A stretch of 64,000 nucleotides of DNA from an uncultured Nitrososphaerales archaeon (GTDB taxonomy: Archaea; Thermoproteota; Nitrososphaeria; Nitrososphaerales; Gagatemarchaeaceae): NCBI GenBank assembly GCA_963706445.1, contig OY970160.1, forward strand, positions 544,001 through 608,000, given 5' to 3'. How positions within the stretch are numbered: the first letter of the stretch is position 1; every line of letters starts with the position of its first letter. This document shows, piece after piece, positions 27,048 to 35,854 of the stretch. Under the pieces are notes generated by a model, which was given only the letters and a program-made list of their open reading frames with translations, searched no databases and was not told the origin of the DNA. A program made the translations under genes and the position numbers.

Positions 27048-28432
27048 GCCGCCACGACCTCCTCGACCTTGACCTCTGTCGGGAGCCGGTACATCCCGTT
27101 CTCTTCCTTGACCATCAGGCCTTCCCTGATGTAGGGGGCGACGTTGCTGGCGAAGTTCTTGGCGCTGAAGGGCCAGCCCTGCTCGACGAAGGACGCCCCG
27201 ATGTCCTTGGGGTAGACGGCGCGGTTGAGCCTGTTGAGGACGTAGACGACCTTGCCGATGAATGAGTCCGACTCCAGTTTGGTGACTTGGAGGGTGAAGG
27301 CGGCGAGGGTCGTGGTGGCGGTCTGGGGTGGGGCGGGGGGTGATTTTGCAACCCGATTAGGCCGATCCGCGGAGTTCGGCGTTTGTTCTCCCTCCATCAA
27401 CGATGCATCGTGCGGGGGTCTCGCCCCATCCATCTCGTCCTCGACCTTGTCGTGGATTTTCTGGAACTCGGAGCCGAGGCCTTGGTCTTTGTGCCTGGCG
27501 TGCTCGTCCAGGAGCTGTTGCAGCTCCGGTTTCTTCTCGCGTGGTTTGCGTCCTTCGAAGACATCCCTGAACCTCGCGATGAACTCACCGACGTCCATCG
27601 GGTGGATTTTGCTGGCGTCGAAGCGCTTGAGGTTCTCCCTGGTGGCATGGAAGGTCTCGCGCACCCTAAACTTCGTGCGCACCCCAGGGACGTTCATGTC
27701 GGGGCCCCAGACGTAAGCCTCTCCGTCCTTCAGGTTGCTCAGGGAGTCGAGCCACTTGTCGAGGGTCTTCTTGTCGGACATCCTGTTGACAGCCCACGCT
27801 GCCACCGCAGCCTTGTCCTGGGGGGCGTTGGTCCTCAGCACCACCAGGAAGTCGGACTGCGTGAGGACGTTCTTGTTGATGACCGCGCTCCTCTGGGAGA
27901 TGAGGGAGCAGCCGAGGTTCCTGTTGCCGCCCCTCCTGACGAAGTTGTCCACGGCCCCCAGGCAGACGGTCTCGTTCTTCATCGGGTGCTGCGGGGCGAT
28001 GACGTCCGCCTCCTCCAGGAAGATGTGCCTGTCGTTGGTGTTGGTCCTGCGGAGCTCGTCCAGGAACAGGGGAATGAACTTCTGCACGGCCGCGTGGCTG
28101 AGCTCGGAGATGTCGACGACCGCCGAGACGTTGCTCTGGATCAGGGCGTCGGCCAGCTTCTCTGCCTTCTCCGGCTCCAAGGGGAGATCCCCATGCTCGC
28201 CCCCGAAGACCACCACGGGCAGGCCCTTGCCCTTGCCGTCGAACCCCACGCGCAGGCCCCACCAAACGCCCATCGGGTCCAAGACTATGATCGGGATGCC
28301 GGCCTTGACCATCTCCTCCGCGAGGACGGCCGCGGCCCAGGTCTTGCCCGCCCCCCTGATGGCCAGGAACGAAAATACACGCCTTGCAGCGTCGAGAGAG
28401 AGCTCGAGCTCCGGGGAGATCCTGAGGTTCAA
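27044..28432 (-). CDS. HerA/FtsK-superfamily ATPase (DUF87/DUF853-like)
   Basis: AIRGAGKT, VLDPMG, IFLEEAD, RRGGNRNLG, ISQR motifs; possible C-terminal wHTH. Confidence 0.85.
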   Translation of the reverse strand: MNLRISPELELSLDAARRVFSFLAIRGAGKTWAAAVLAEEMVKAGIPIIVLDPMGVWWGLRVGFDGKGKGLPVVVFGGEHGDLPLEPEKAEKLADALIQSNVSAVVDISELSHAAVQKFIPLFLDELRRTNTNDRHIFLEEADVIAPQHPMKNETVCLGAVDNFVRRGGNRNLGCSLISQRSAVINKNVLTQSDFLVVLRTNAPQDKAAVAAWAVNRMSDKKTLDKWLDSLSNLKDGEAYVWGPDMNVPGVRTKFRVRETFHATRENLKRFDASKIHPMDVGEFIARFRDVFEGRKPREKKPELQQLLDEHARHKDQGLGSEFQKIHDKVEDEMDGARPPHDASLMEGEQTPNSADRPNRVAKSPPAPPQTATTTLAAFTLQVTKLESDSFIGKVVYVLNRLNRAVYPKDIGASFVEQGWPFSAKNFASNVAPYIREGLMVKEENGMYRLPTEVKVEEVVAA

Positions 28433-28433
28433 G

Positions 28434-28952
28434 CTATGCGCCCTCCTTCTTGTTGAGGGCCGTGACGAAGCGATGGTTCGGGTGGTCCCTGTCGTGGGTC
28501 GCTATCGCGTCCGACGGGTCCTTCCCAGATACCTCGTGCCTGACCTCCGTCGGGCCTACCTTGCAGACGAAGACGTAGTGCTTGTCTGTTGTCGAAATGT
28601 CTGGGATGTTGGAGGAGGGCCCCGCCGCTGAAGAAATCTCGCGGCGGGTTCCATGCGTCACAGTTTGGTGGTGCTTCATCCCTTGTGTCGTGCTGAAGGT
28701 CTTGCCGCAGTCTGGGCAGCTGGTAGGGCCCTTTGCGGTCCTGCCTCCGTGCTGCTTCCTGACGTGGTGGTTCAGGCTGTCCTTGGTCTTGAAGTCCTTG
28801 CCACACTGGTCGCAGGCCATCCGGGTGCCGTTCCTGGAGGGCTTCGCTACTGAAACTGCCCCCCCCGTTTGTTTTGCGAGGTAGCTGCGCAGCAGGGTCC
28901 CGATCTCCTCCGGGGTCCCTTCGACCTCTATCCCTGAGATGTTGGTTCTCAA
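28434..28952 (-). CDS. Tandem C2H2 zinc-finger protein
   Basis: CDQCGKDFKTKDSLNHHVRKQH and CPDCGKTFSTTQGMKHHQTVTH. Confidence 0.85.
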   Translation of the reverse strand: MRTNISGIEVEGTPEEIGTLLRSYLAKQTGGAVSVAKPSRNGTRMACDQCGKDFKTKDSLNHHVRKQHGGRTAKGPTSCPDCGKTFSTTQGMKHHQTVTHGTRREISSAAGPSSNIPDISTTDKHYVFVCKVGPTEVRHEVSGKDPSDAIATHDRDHPNHRFVTALNKKEGA

Positions 28953-28955
28953 GTG

Positions 28956-29237
28956 TTACGTCCCATGCTCCCAGCGATGTTTCCTGAGCTCGGTCTCTGA
29001 ATGAAGCAGCCGTCCGCATGAGTTGATTGGACAGATGAAGATCGGCTGTCCTTCCTGGTGCTGGATGCAGCTTCCTCTTAGGTAGCCCTTGCCTCCAAAA
29101 TACAGGTCGAGCCTGCAGCCACAGGGTTGGGGGATTTCCACCTTGATCCCCATCCGCTTCTTCCCTGGGTGCTCTAATGTCGGCCGAGTCATTAATCCAG
29201 GGACGAATCCCTTGCGGCGCGACTCCAACACATCCAT
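28956..29237 (-). CDS. C2H2 zinc-finger protein
   Basis: FICPINSCGRLLHSETELRKHRWEH. Confidence 0.7.
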   Translation of the reverse strand: MDVLESRRKGFVPGLMTRPTLEHPGKKRMGIKVEIPQPCGCRLDLYFGGKGYLRGSCIQHQEGQPIFICPINSCGRLLHSETELRKHRWEHGT

Positions 29238-29515
29238 CAGCGAGAGGCCTCCAGGACGACGTGACCAGGTCTGATGCCTACTTCCGGGGCCCTGGGGGAG
29301 GGGGTTTCGCCCTTTTTCGGGCGTCCCAGGGGCTTGTACCCCCGGAGGGTATTGAACGAGGGGTTGTGGAGGACCCCCTGCTTCCCCAGAATGACCGCCA
29401 CTTCATCGCGGTTCACTCTGATGCCGAATATCTCAGGCTCGGCGTCCTGCTCATCCAGGCTGGCGAGCAGCCATCGGATGCTCTTCGCATGAGAGAGGAG
29501 GGCTTTCTGCTTCAC
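29237..29515 (-). CDS. Hypothetical protein
   Basis: ORF coupled to neighbours in the early operon. Confidence 0.45.
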   Translation of the reverse strand: MKQKALLSHAKSIRWLLASLDEQDAEPEIFGIRVNRDEVAVILGKQGVLHNPSFNTLRGYKPLGRPKKGETPSPRAPEVGIRPGHVVLEASR

Positions 29516-29562
29516 GATGGCCCTCTGGGTCTCGGGCTTCGTCTACGTCCCCCCTGTAGGCG

Positions 29563-29799
29563 TCATGCGTAGAGCCTCTTCGTCTGCTCGGCAGAAGCGA
29601 TGAAGGCCTTGGTCTCCTTCTGGACGTAGGGCCAGAAGGCCTTGTCGGTCAGCAGGGGGGCGTCGACGAGGAGCAGCCTCAGGCCGGCCTTGACGCCGAC
29701 CTGGGCCATGCACTCGTCGAAGGCGACCTCGGGCGCAGTGTCGGTCAGCTTCACGTTGTCGAAGTGCCTGATCATCGAATCGGTCTTGCCCATCGCCAT
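29563..29799 (-). CDS. Hypothetical protein
   Basis: TGATG overlap with the upstream gene. Confidence 0.55.
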   Translation of the reverse strand: MAMGKTDSMIRHFDNVKLTDTAPEVAFDECMAQVGVKAGLRLLLVDAPLLTDKAFWPYVQKETKAFIASAEQTKRLYA

Positions 29800-30143
29800 C
29801 AGTCCCTGTGCGTCGTCCCGTCCAGGTTCAGCGGGGCCTGTCCCTTGCGGAGCACTATGGTCTGGCCGCAGTTGTCGCAGGGCTTCTGGAACCCCGACGG
29901 GGTCGAAGTTGCTGACTTGGGCGGCGCCGCTGCAGGCGTGGCTGCCGAGGCCTTGAACCGGCCCATGACGTAGATGATCCTGGTGGCCGTCTGGAGCTGC
30001 AGGGTCCCTTCGAGCACCGCCGAGTTGACCATCTCGGAGACCTTGATCAACTCCCATCCCTTCGCGAGGTACTCGTTGGTGGTGCGCTCGTCGTGGACTT
30101 CGTTGATCTCTGCCAGGCCGGACCAGTAGCGGTCGGAGCTCAT
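29799..30143 (-). CDS. Hypothetical protein with C-terminal CxxC...H motif
   Basis: NEYLAKGWELIKV; KPCDNCG...NLDGTTH. Confidence 0.65.
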   Translation of the reverse strand: MSSDRYWSGLAEINEVHDERTTNEYLAKGWELIKVSEMVNSAVLEGTLQLQTATRIIYVMGRFKASAATPAAAPPKSATSTPSGFQKPCDNCGQTIVLRKGQAPLNLDGTTHRD

Positions 30144-30246
30144 GCCGGGTCCCCCGCCTCGCAGACGATGCGCGGCCCCTCGACCCTATGCGTGTGGCCG
30201 AAGGGTGAGTTGGGGCACGACACGACCTCGATACGCTCGGGGAGGC

Positions 30247-30417
30247 TCATGCTTCCGCCGTCAGCTCCGAGATGGCCGCTTTCTTCCAGTCGTGGGTGCT
30301 GGTCCCCGTGCCGTTGAAGTGGAAGTGGTTCGGGTCGCCAGGCCTTGCCTCGCAGGCCTTGCCGCAGACCCATAGGCCGAAGCGCTCGGGGCACTTCTCC
30401 CTGCACTTGGAGATCAT
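30247..30417 (-). CDS. 56-aa Cys/His-rich protein (not in ORF track)
   Basis: MISKCREKCPERFGLWVCGKAC...HFH...HDW; ATGA overlaps at both ends. Confidence 0.55.
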   Translation of the reverse strand: MISKCREKCPERFGLWVCGKACEARPGDPNHFHFNGTGTSTHDWKKAAISELTAEA

Positions 30418-30635
30418 CTGGCCGGGTCCCTCTTGGCGCTGATCCTACTCTCGAGGTCCTTGGCTATCCGACTGACGATCTCGTCCGCGCACTCGTCGCA
30501 CGCGAACCTGGTCACGCCCTCGATGGTCGTGGAATAGCCGTCCTCGGCAAGGGTGACACCGTTGCGCTTCCTGCAGGCCTTCGTCAGCTCGAAGTCGCAG
30601 TGTTCGGCTTTGGTCTCGAGGACGGTGGTGGTCAT
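30414..30635 (-). CDS. Small Zn-binding protein
   Basis: HCDF...C...ACDECA. Confidence 0.6.
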   Translation of the reverse strand: MTTTVLETKAEHCDFELTKACRKRNGVTLAEDGYSTTIEGVTRFACDECADEIVSRIAKDLESRISAKRDPAR

Positions 30636-30805
30636 CTTGCCGGCGCCGCCTGCAGCTTCTCGTACTTGTAGGCCAGGCCCAACGCGAAGTGGATCGCGTC
30701 GGTGCTCGTCTTGATGCGGTTTCTCTCCTTGAAGGCGAGGAACTCCTCAGCCTCTTTGTCCTCAAGGTCGATCCTGATGTGGATCGGCTCAGTCTTTTGT
30801 CCCAA
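30632..30805 (-). CDS. 57-aa ribbon-helix-helix regulator (not in ORF track)
   Basis: MGQKTEPIHIRIDLEDKEAEEFLAFKERNRIKTSTDAIHFAL; first gene of the leftward operon. Confidence 0.7.
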   Translation of the reverse strand: MGQKTEPIHIRIDLEDKEAEEFLAFKERNRIKTSTDAIHFALGLAYKYEKLQAAPAR

Positions 30806-30940
30806 AATCACTCACGCGCACTCTGAAGCAATAGTGAATATAAGTGTTTGCTAATCACTACCAATGCACGGGATATGCTATACCAAAAGTGTAGTGAGTC
30901 CAAATCACTTATAATCACCTCTGTTCCTGTAGGATGACCG
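30806..30940. promoter_or_regulatory. Divergent promoter/operator region
   Basis: AT-rich; AATCAC at 30806, 30853, 30903, 30913; TAGTGA at 30832, 30892; TATA-like AATATAAG and TTATAA. Confidence 0.7.
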
Positions 30941-31351
30941 ATGCCGAAGAAAGCGGAAGGCAGATACAACGTCCGGGTGAACTTCGAAGGTGACGAACTG
31001 GGCAGATTGAGAGAAGTCATGGACCACTATGGCATGACGGTGGGGACTGAGCTGATCCTGATGCTCCTGAAGCGCGAATACGACCAGCTGCACAACACGA
31101 AGCCCCGCTTCGAGCACGTCAACCCCAAGGAGGGCTATCCCACCGACCACGTCTCCATCCTGGATAGAGAACTTGGGAATGGGGGACGGATCGTGAGCGT
31201 GTACTTCAAGCGCGACAGGGCCCCCTTCTGCGACTACGACCAGGGGAGCGAGTGCGTCCACGTCGACTACGCCTGGCAAATCCCCACGGTCGCCGAGCGC
31301 CTTCGCAAGGAAGGGTTCAAGAGTCCAGGCGAGAAGCAACAGAGGAGGTGA
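30941..31351 (+). CDS. RHH-like regulator with C-terminal metal-binding domain (repressor candidate)
   Basis: YNVRVNF beta strand plus two helices; FCDYDQGSECVH. Confidence 0.65.
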   Translation: MPKKAEGRYNVRVNFEGDELGRLREVMDHYGMTVGTELILMLLKREYDQLHNTKPRFEHVNPKEGYPTDHVSILDRELGNGGRIVSVYFKRDRAPFCDYDQGSECVHVDYAWQIPTVAERLRKEGFKSPGEKQQRR

Positions 31352-31358
31352 ATAGAGA

Positions 31359-31751
31359 ATGGGAAAATACCTATGTCCTAACACGAATTGCAAGGACCTC
31401 GGCAGGTACGAAGAGGGTCAGGCCTGCCCTACCTGCGCACAGACCATCAGGAAGCTCGGGATCACGGAGACGTTCAGCGTCAGCAAGGCCAAGAGGCAGA
31501 GTGCGGGAGACGAGGCCGCGCTCCTGGTGACCGCCGACATGAGCGACGAAGAGATCAGGGAGCTGGCCGAGCAAGACATGGCCAACCTGGCCAAGCACGA
31601 GGCTGGGACCAAGTGGATGAGGGTCGGCACGCTGCTGTCGGGCAGCTCTACTGACCAGATGCTCGGAGCAGGGTTCAAGGCCATCATCGACCAGAACAAG
31701 ATCCTCATCCGGCAGAACGAGCTCATCCTGAGGGCGCTGAAGAAGGAGTAG
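31359..31751 (+). CDS. Zn-ribbon plus coiled-coil protein, last proviral gene
   Basis: CPNTNC...CPTC; AIIDQNKILIRQNELI. Confidence 0.65.
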   Translation: MGKYLCPNTNCKDLGRYEEGQACPTCAQTIRKLGITETFSVSKAKRQSAGDEAALLVTADMSDEEIRELAEQDMANLAKHEAGTKWMRVGTLLSGSSTDQMLGAGFKAIIDQNKILIRQNELILRALKKE

Positions 31752-31906
31752 GGGAACTTGACCCGCAGGTCCCATGCCCGCCCGGGGCAGGACTTCCACA
31801 TCAAAGAGTCTTGATTTTCGATTGCCGATGGGGCTTCAGGCCTAGGGCCATGAGGAAATACGCCGCAGAACCGCGCTCGGCAATCAGGGAGGACGAGGAG
31901 TAAGGT

Positions 31907-32572
31907 TCAGATTCCGCCCGTCAGCGCCATGTAAAGGCCCGAAGCAAGGAAGAAAGTCCCGAAGGTCAGAAGCACACTCCCGGCAAGAAGGTCCAGCCCC
32001 CATCTCGGGAATCTGATCAGGTAGTCGTAGGAGACGGCGCAGACGATGACGAGTAGCAGTATGCTCACCCCTGCACCTATCAGGGTCCAATCGAAGTTGT
32101 AGGTCCCGGAAGCGCTAAGGACCAGGCTCGCTTCGAACCCTTCGGTGAGTGTGATGGCAAAGACCGGGAGGGCGTTCAGTGGGGAGAACGGGATGACGGC
32201 CGGCCTTTCCCCGCCGTACTTCTCCATCTCTTTCTCCACGACCTCAGATTCCATCTTCTCCATCTTTGCCCTGAAGGACCTTTTGCCGAAGTAGTACCGC
32301 TTGAACCCCTTTAGGAACCTGTACGAGAAATAGAGGATTACGCATCCCGTCAGGATGTCTATCAGAGCTTCGGGGAAGAGAAGGAAGATCTGCCTGATTC
32401 CAAGGAATATCCCCACCGACGCACCCGCCCCTGCGAGTACCCCGAGGAGCACGTTGTTCTTCCCGAGCTGTTTGATCGTGGCTAACGAAAGGATAGCGAC
32501 TTCGCTCCCCTCAACAAGCACTGCTTTGAAGGCCAGCAGGAAAGAGCCAATGATCACGACGTCGCTGGCCAT
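31907..32572 (-). CDS. FTR1/COG4280-like membrane protein
   Basis: Duplicated EGxE motifs (VEGSEV, TEGFEA), about six TM segments. Confidence 0.65.
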   Translation of the reverse strand: MASDVVIIGSFLLAFKAVLVEGSEVAILSLATIKQLGKNNVLLGVLAGAGASVGIFLGIRQIFLLFPEALIDILTGCVILYFSYRFLKGFKRYYFGKRSFRAKMEKMESEVVEKEMEKYGGERPAVIPFSPLNALPVFAITLTEGFEASLVLSASGTYNFDWTLIGAGVSILLLVIVCAVSYDYLIRFPRWGLDLLAGSVLLTFGTFFLASGLYMALTGGI

Positions 32573-32667
32573 AGTCGGAATCCCCGCCGTACCGTGGCGA
32601 TTTATCCGTTCTCGGAAAACAAAGCATAAGATTGGCAGTCTGGGCGCGTTCTCCCGGTAGAGCCAAG

Positions 32668-33630
32668 ATGGAAGGGATAACCATCGGAGTGTTCGGGACT
32701 GACCCCCAGATCAAAGCCACATTTGAGGCGGCAGTCGCAAAGAAGAGTGAAGCCGAGGGCCTGACAGTCTTCACACGGACCGAGGGAGGCAGGCGCTACT
32801 CCTTCCTTGACACATCCGACTTTCCCGAAAGGATCCAAGGGTACTCGAGAATCGCATCTATCGTCGACCACGCCCTCTATTTCTTCCCCCCGTCCGGCAG
32901 GCTCTCTGCTCCAGACGGAGAATTGGCCGTCCTTCTGGGGTCGTTCGGGGTTCCTGGGGCCCTCGAAATAACCAATCAGGCTTCGAGTCCTGAATCAGCT
33001 CTAGCAGCGCTGAAGGGAACGTTGGTGTCCCAATATCACCCCGAGACGAGGAAGACGGAGTCTGCGGCCATCGACCTATCGATGGCGTCACCGAGGAAGG
33101 ACTTCACGGCCGACAGGACCCTGATTTACGTCGACAGGGTCTTCACGGTCAAGGGCGTGGGAACCGTGGCCCTCGGGTTCGTGCTGGGGGGGAATGTGTC
33201 TGTGCACGACCAGCTCCGCCCCATCCCAGGTGCTTCGAGCATCAGGGCTGACGTAAAGGGGATCCAGGTCAACGATGTCGACTTCGAATCGGCCGGCCGG
33301 GGCATCAGGGTAGGACTCTCGCTTCGCGGCGTGGAGCCGAAGGACCTCGAGCGGAGCCACTGGCTTGACGACGGGTCGTTTGCCCTTTCAGATTCTCCAA
33401 AATTCGAAGTAGCGAAGTCCCCCTTCTACAAGCAGGAAATCGCGTCGAGGGACTTACACCTCCAACTCCCTGGCGAACTAGTCCCTGCCAAGATGATTCA
33501 GGAAGAGGGAAATCGGTTGGTCGCCCGCCTTCCTTGGGAGGTGCCAGTCTGGGAGGGCATGAAAGGGGCGGTGATTGACTTGAACGGAGGGAGCCTCAGG
33601 GTCGCTGCCACAGGAACCTGCAACCTTTAA
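32668..33630 (+). CDS. Archaeal SelB/EF-Tu domain II-like protein with degenerate G domain
   Basis: VDRVFTVKGVGTVALGFVLGG...VKGIQ...GIRVGLSLRG. Confidence 0.8.
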   Translation: MEGITIGVFGTDPQIKATFEAAVAKKSEAEGLTVFTRTEGGRRYSFLDTSDFPERIQGYSRIASIVDHALYFFPPSGRLSAPDGELAVLLGSFGVPGALEITNQASSPESALAALKGTLVSQYHPETRKTESAAIDLSMASPRKDFTADRTLIYVDRVFTVKGVGTVALGFVLGGNVSVHDQLRPIPGASSIRADVKGIQVNDVDFESAGRGIRVGLSLRGVEPKDLERSHWLDDGSFALSDSPKFEVAKSPFYKQEIASRDLHLQLPGELVPAKMIQEEGNRLVARLPWEVPVWEGMKGAVIDLNGGSLRVAATGTCNL

Positions 33631-33655
33631 TCCAGGCGGAAGCAGAATAGGTTCC

Positions 33656-34210
33656 TTGACAAGCACAGAGATTGCGACCTTCGGGAGCGGTTGTTTCTGG
33701 TGTTCCGAAGCAGTCTTCTCTGAACTTCAGGGCGTTATGAAGGTCGAGCCTGGTTACGCAGGGGGGAAGACGTCGAACCCGACCTACGAAGACGTCTGCG
33801 CCGACACCACAGGGCATGCCGAGGTTGCCCAGGTCACCTTCGATCCGTCGGTGATATCCTACAGAGAGTTGCTCGAGGTCCTCTTCTCGACCCACGACCC
33901 TACTACGCTCAATCGCCAGGGTGCCGACGAAGGAACACAGTACCGCTCGGTCATATTCTACGGGAACCAAGAACAGAAGAGACAGGCAGACGAGATTATC
34001 AAAGAGCTAACAACTGACAAGGTCTTCCGCAACCCAATCGTCACCGAGGTTACCCCGTTGCAAGTGTTTTATCCCGCAGAGGGTTACCACAGGGAGTACT
34101 ACAAGAGGAACCCGTCGAAGCCGTACTGCCAAGCGGTCATTGCCCCCAAGCTTTCGAAGTTTAGGGCTCACTGGAAGGCCAAGCTGAAGGCCCCAACACT
34201 GCCTCAGTAG
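33656..34210 (+). CDS. msrA: Peptide methionine sulfoxide reductase A
   Basis: GCFWC, GHAE, HDPTTLNRQG, QYRS, AEGYH. Confidence 0.97.
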   Translation: MTSTEIATFGSGCFWCSEAVFSELQGVMKVEPGYAGGKTSNPTYEDVCADTTGHAEVAQVTFDPSVISYRELLEVLFSTHDPTTLNRQGADEGTQYRSVIFYGNQEQKRQADEIIKELTTDKVFRNPIVTEVTPLQVFYPAEGYHREYYKRNPSKPYCQAVIAPKLSKFRAHWKAKLKAPTLPQ

Positions 34211-34239
34211 GCCTGAAGAGAACCCAGGTAAGTCGAGAC

Positions 34240-34803
34240 TTGGCTGGCATTTACGGAATAACAGGCACCCCGGGGACCGGCAAGAAGTCGATCGCGCCTC
34301 TCTTGGCGCAGAACCTCGGCCTTCCTTGCATCTCTCTGAACGAGCTGGCGAAGTCAAAGGGGCTCGTGGGATCGCCCGATGAGGGAGATGTGGATACGGA
34401 AATGCTCCGTAAGGCCGTCAGGTCGAGCATACCCAAGGACGCAGTCGTCTTCGGCCACTTGCTCCCCCATGTGTTGAGCCCCGCTATGGTCGCCAAGGTC
34501 GCGGTCCTCAGGTGCGAACCAAGCAAACTGAAGGCGCGGCTGAACGGCCGTTTGTATGCCGAATCCAAGCTTGTGGAGAATCTAGAAGCGGAACTGATCG
34601 GCCTCATTTCCTCAGACACGCACGACGCCTTTGGAAGCGTAAAGACCTTCGATTTCGACACGAGTAACACACCCCCAATTAAATCGGTTCGCCTGATACT
34701 GGACATCGTCAGTGGAACAACAGTCCCGTCTGAGAGAATAGACTGGACGCGGGGCTACGACTCTGGAGCGAAGCTCAGGCTTCTGCTCTCGGCCAAGCCA
34801 TAG
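34240..34803 (+). CDS. AK6/Fap7-type adenylate kinase
   Basis: ITGTPGTGK, GHL, RL..R.Y...KLVENLEAE. Confidence 0.85.
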   Translation: MAGIYGITGTPGTGKKSIAPLLAQNLGLPCISLNELAKSKGLVGSPDEGDVDTEMLRKAVRSSIPKDAVVFGHLLPHVLSPAMVAKVAVLRCEPSKLKARLNGRLYAESKLVENLEAELIGLISSDTHDAFGSVKTFDFDTSNTPPIKSVRLILDIVSGTTVPSERIDWTRGYDSGAKLRLLLSAKP

Positions 34804-34850
34804 TCTGCCTGAACGGTTAATAGCGCAAGTACGGTGCGGCCTTGTTTCAC

Positions 34851-35810
34851 ATGAGGGAACATCCAGGACTTAGGAAAGTCCGGGACGTCCACGCAAAGTC
34901 TTCTGAAGACATCGCTGCGATGATAGACGATATGGGCAATGGCGGGGGTTTCATGGCACGCAACCTCTACGATGTCGCCGAAACCCTGCGTGCGATGGTG
35001 GACCGGAGAGGCTGCACCAGGTTCCTTTCTTTCCCCGCCGCGCTGATGGCCACGGGGACGAGAGGGATTCTGATCGACATGGTTAGAGAAGGGATGGTCG
35101 ACGCGATAGTGACCACCTGCGGCACCCTCGACCACGATATCGCCCGTACCCGTGCCGACTACTACGAGGGGAGCTTCGAGTTGGACGACGCCAAGCTCAG
35201 GAAATCAGGGTACCACAGACTCGGCAACGTCCTCGTTCCACTTGACAACTATGGCCCATTGATAGAGAGTCAGATGCAGCCGATGCTCAGCCGGATCTAT
35301 GAAAAGGGAATCCGCTCTATCACGTCTGAGGAGCTGAGCACAAAGATAGGGCGGGACCTGGGTTCCGAGCGGTCTCTCCTCTACTGGGCACAAAAAATGA
35401 AGGTCCCAGTGTTCGTCCCAGGGTTGACCGACGGCGCCGTCGGGAGCCAGATCTGGCTCTTCGCCGAAAGCCACAGGGACTTCCGGATCGACCTGATAGG
35501 AGACGAAAGGCGGCTTTCGGATATCACCTCGGAGGCTGAGGAGACCGGCGCGCTAGTCTTGGGCGGCGGGATCTCGAAACATCATTTGATCTGGTGGAAT
35601 CTGTTCAGAGGAGGTTTGGACTGGGCCTGCTACATCACGACCGCCTCGGAGTTCGACGGCTCACTCAGCGGGGCCCGGGTCCAGGAGGCCGTGTCGTGGG
35701 GCAAGGTCAAGGAGAAGGCGAAGCAGGCGAGTCTCTACGCCGAGGTCTCCTCTGTCCTACCCTTCATCGTTTCCTACGTGCTCACAAGACGGAAGAGCAA
35801 GAAGAACTGA
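34851..35810 (+). CDS. dys: Deoxyhypusine synthase
   Basis: GLTDGAVG, LGGGISKH, DGSLSGA...EAVSWGK. Confidence 0.95.
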   Translation: MREHPGLRKVRDVHAKSSEDIAAMIDDMGNGGGFMARNLYDVAETLRAMVDRRGCTRFLSFPAALMATGTRGILIDMVREGMVDAIVTTCGTLDHDIARTRADYYEGSFELDDAKLRKSGYHRLGNVLVPLDNYGPLIESQMQPMLSRIYEKGIRSITSEELSTKIGRDLGSERSLLYWAQKMKVPVFVPGLTDGAVGSQIWLFAESHRDFRIDLIGDERRLSDITSEAEETGALVLGGGISKHHLIWWNLFRGGLDWACYITTASEFDGSLSGARVQEAVSWGKVKEKAKQASLYAEVSSVLPFIVSYVLTRRKSKKN

Positions 35811-35854
35811 AATCTCAATTCTTTTAAAGCGAATCTTGAGGCGCCTGCAATCGC

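Larger units (their letters stand above)
1..31800. mobile_element. Integrated tailed archaeal virus (provirus), probably defective; left end lies outside the window, right end approximate
   Basis: Terminase, portal, protease/scaffold, capsid, tail tube, tail chaperone, tape measure and integrase tail in one contiguous block; host housekeeping-type genes begin at 31907. Confidence 0.95.

Noticed and set aside
31779-31796. Minus-strand AAGTCCTGCCCCGGGCG resembling a tRNA 3' end (possible att site)
   Set aside because: No TTC-containing T-loop or upstream tRNA body, orientation does not fit the expected remnant, and the other att copy is outside the window
32668-33630. True SelB implying selenocysteine use
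   Set aside because: No GTPase P-loop; fits the truncated archaeal SelB-like family
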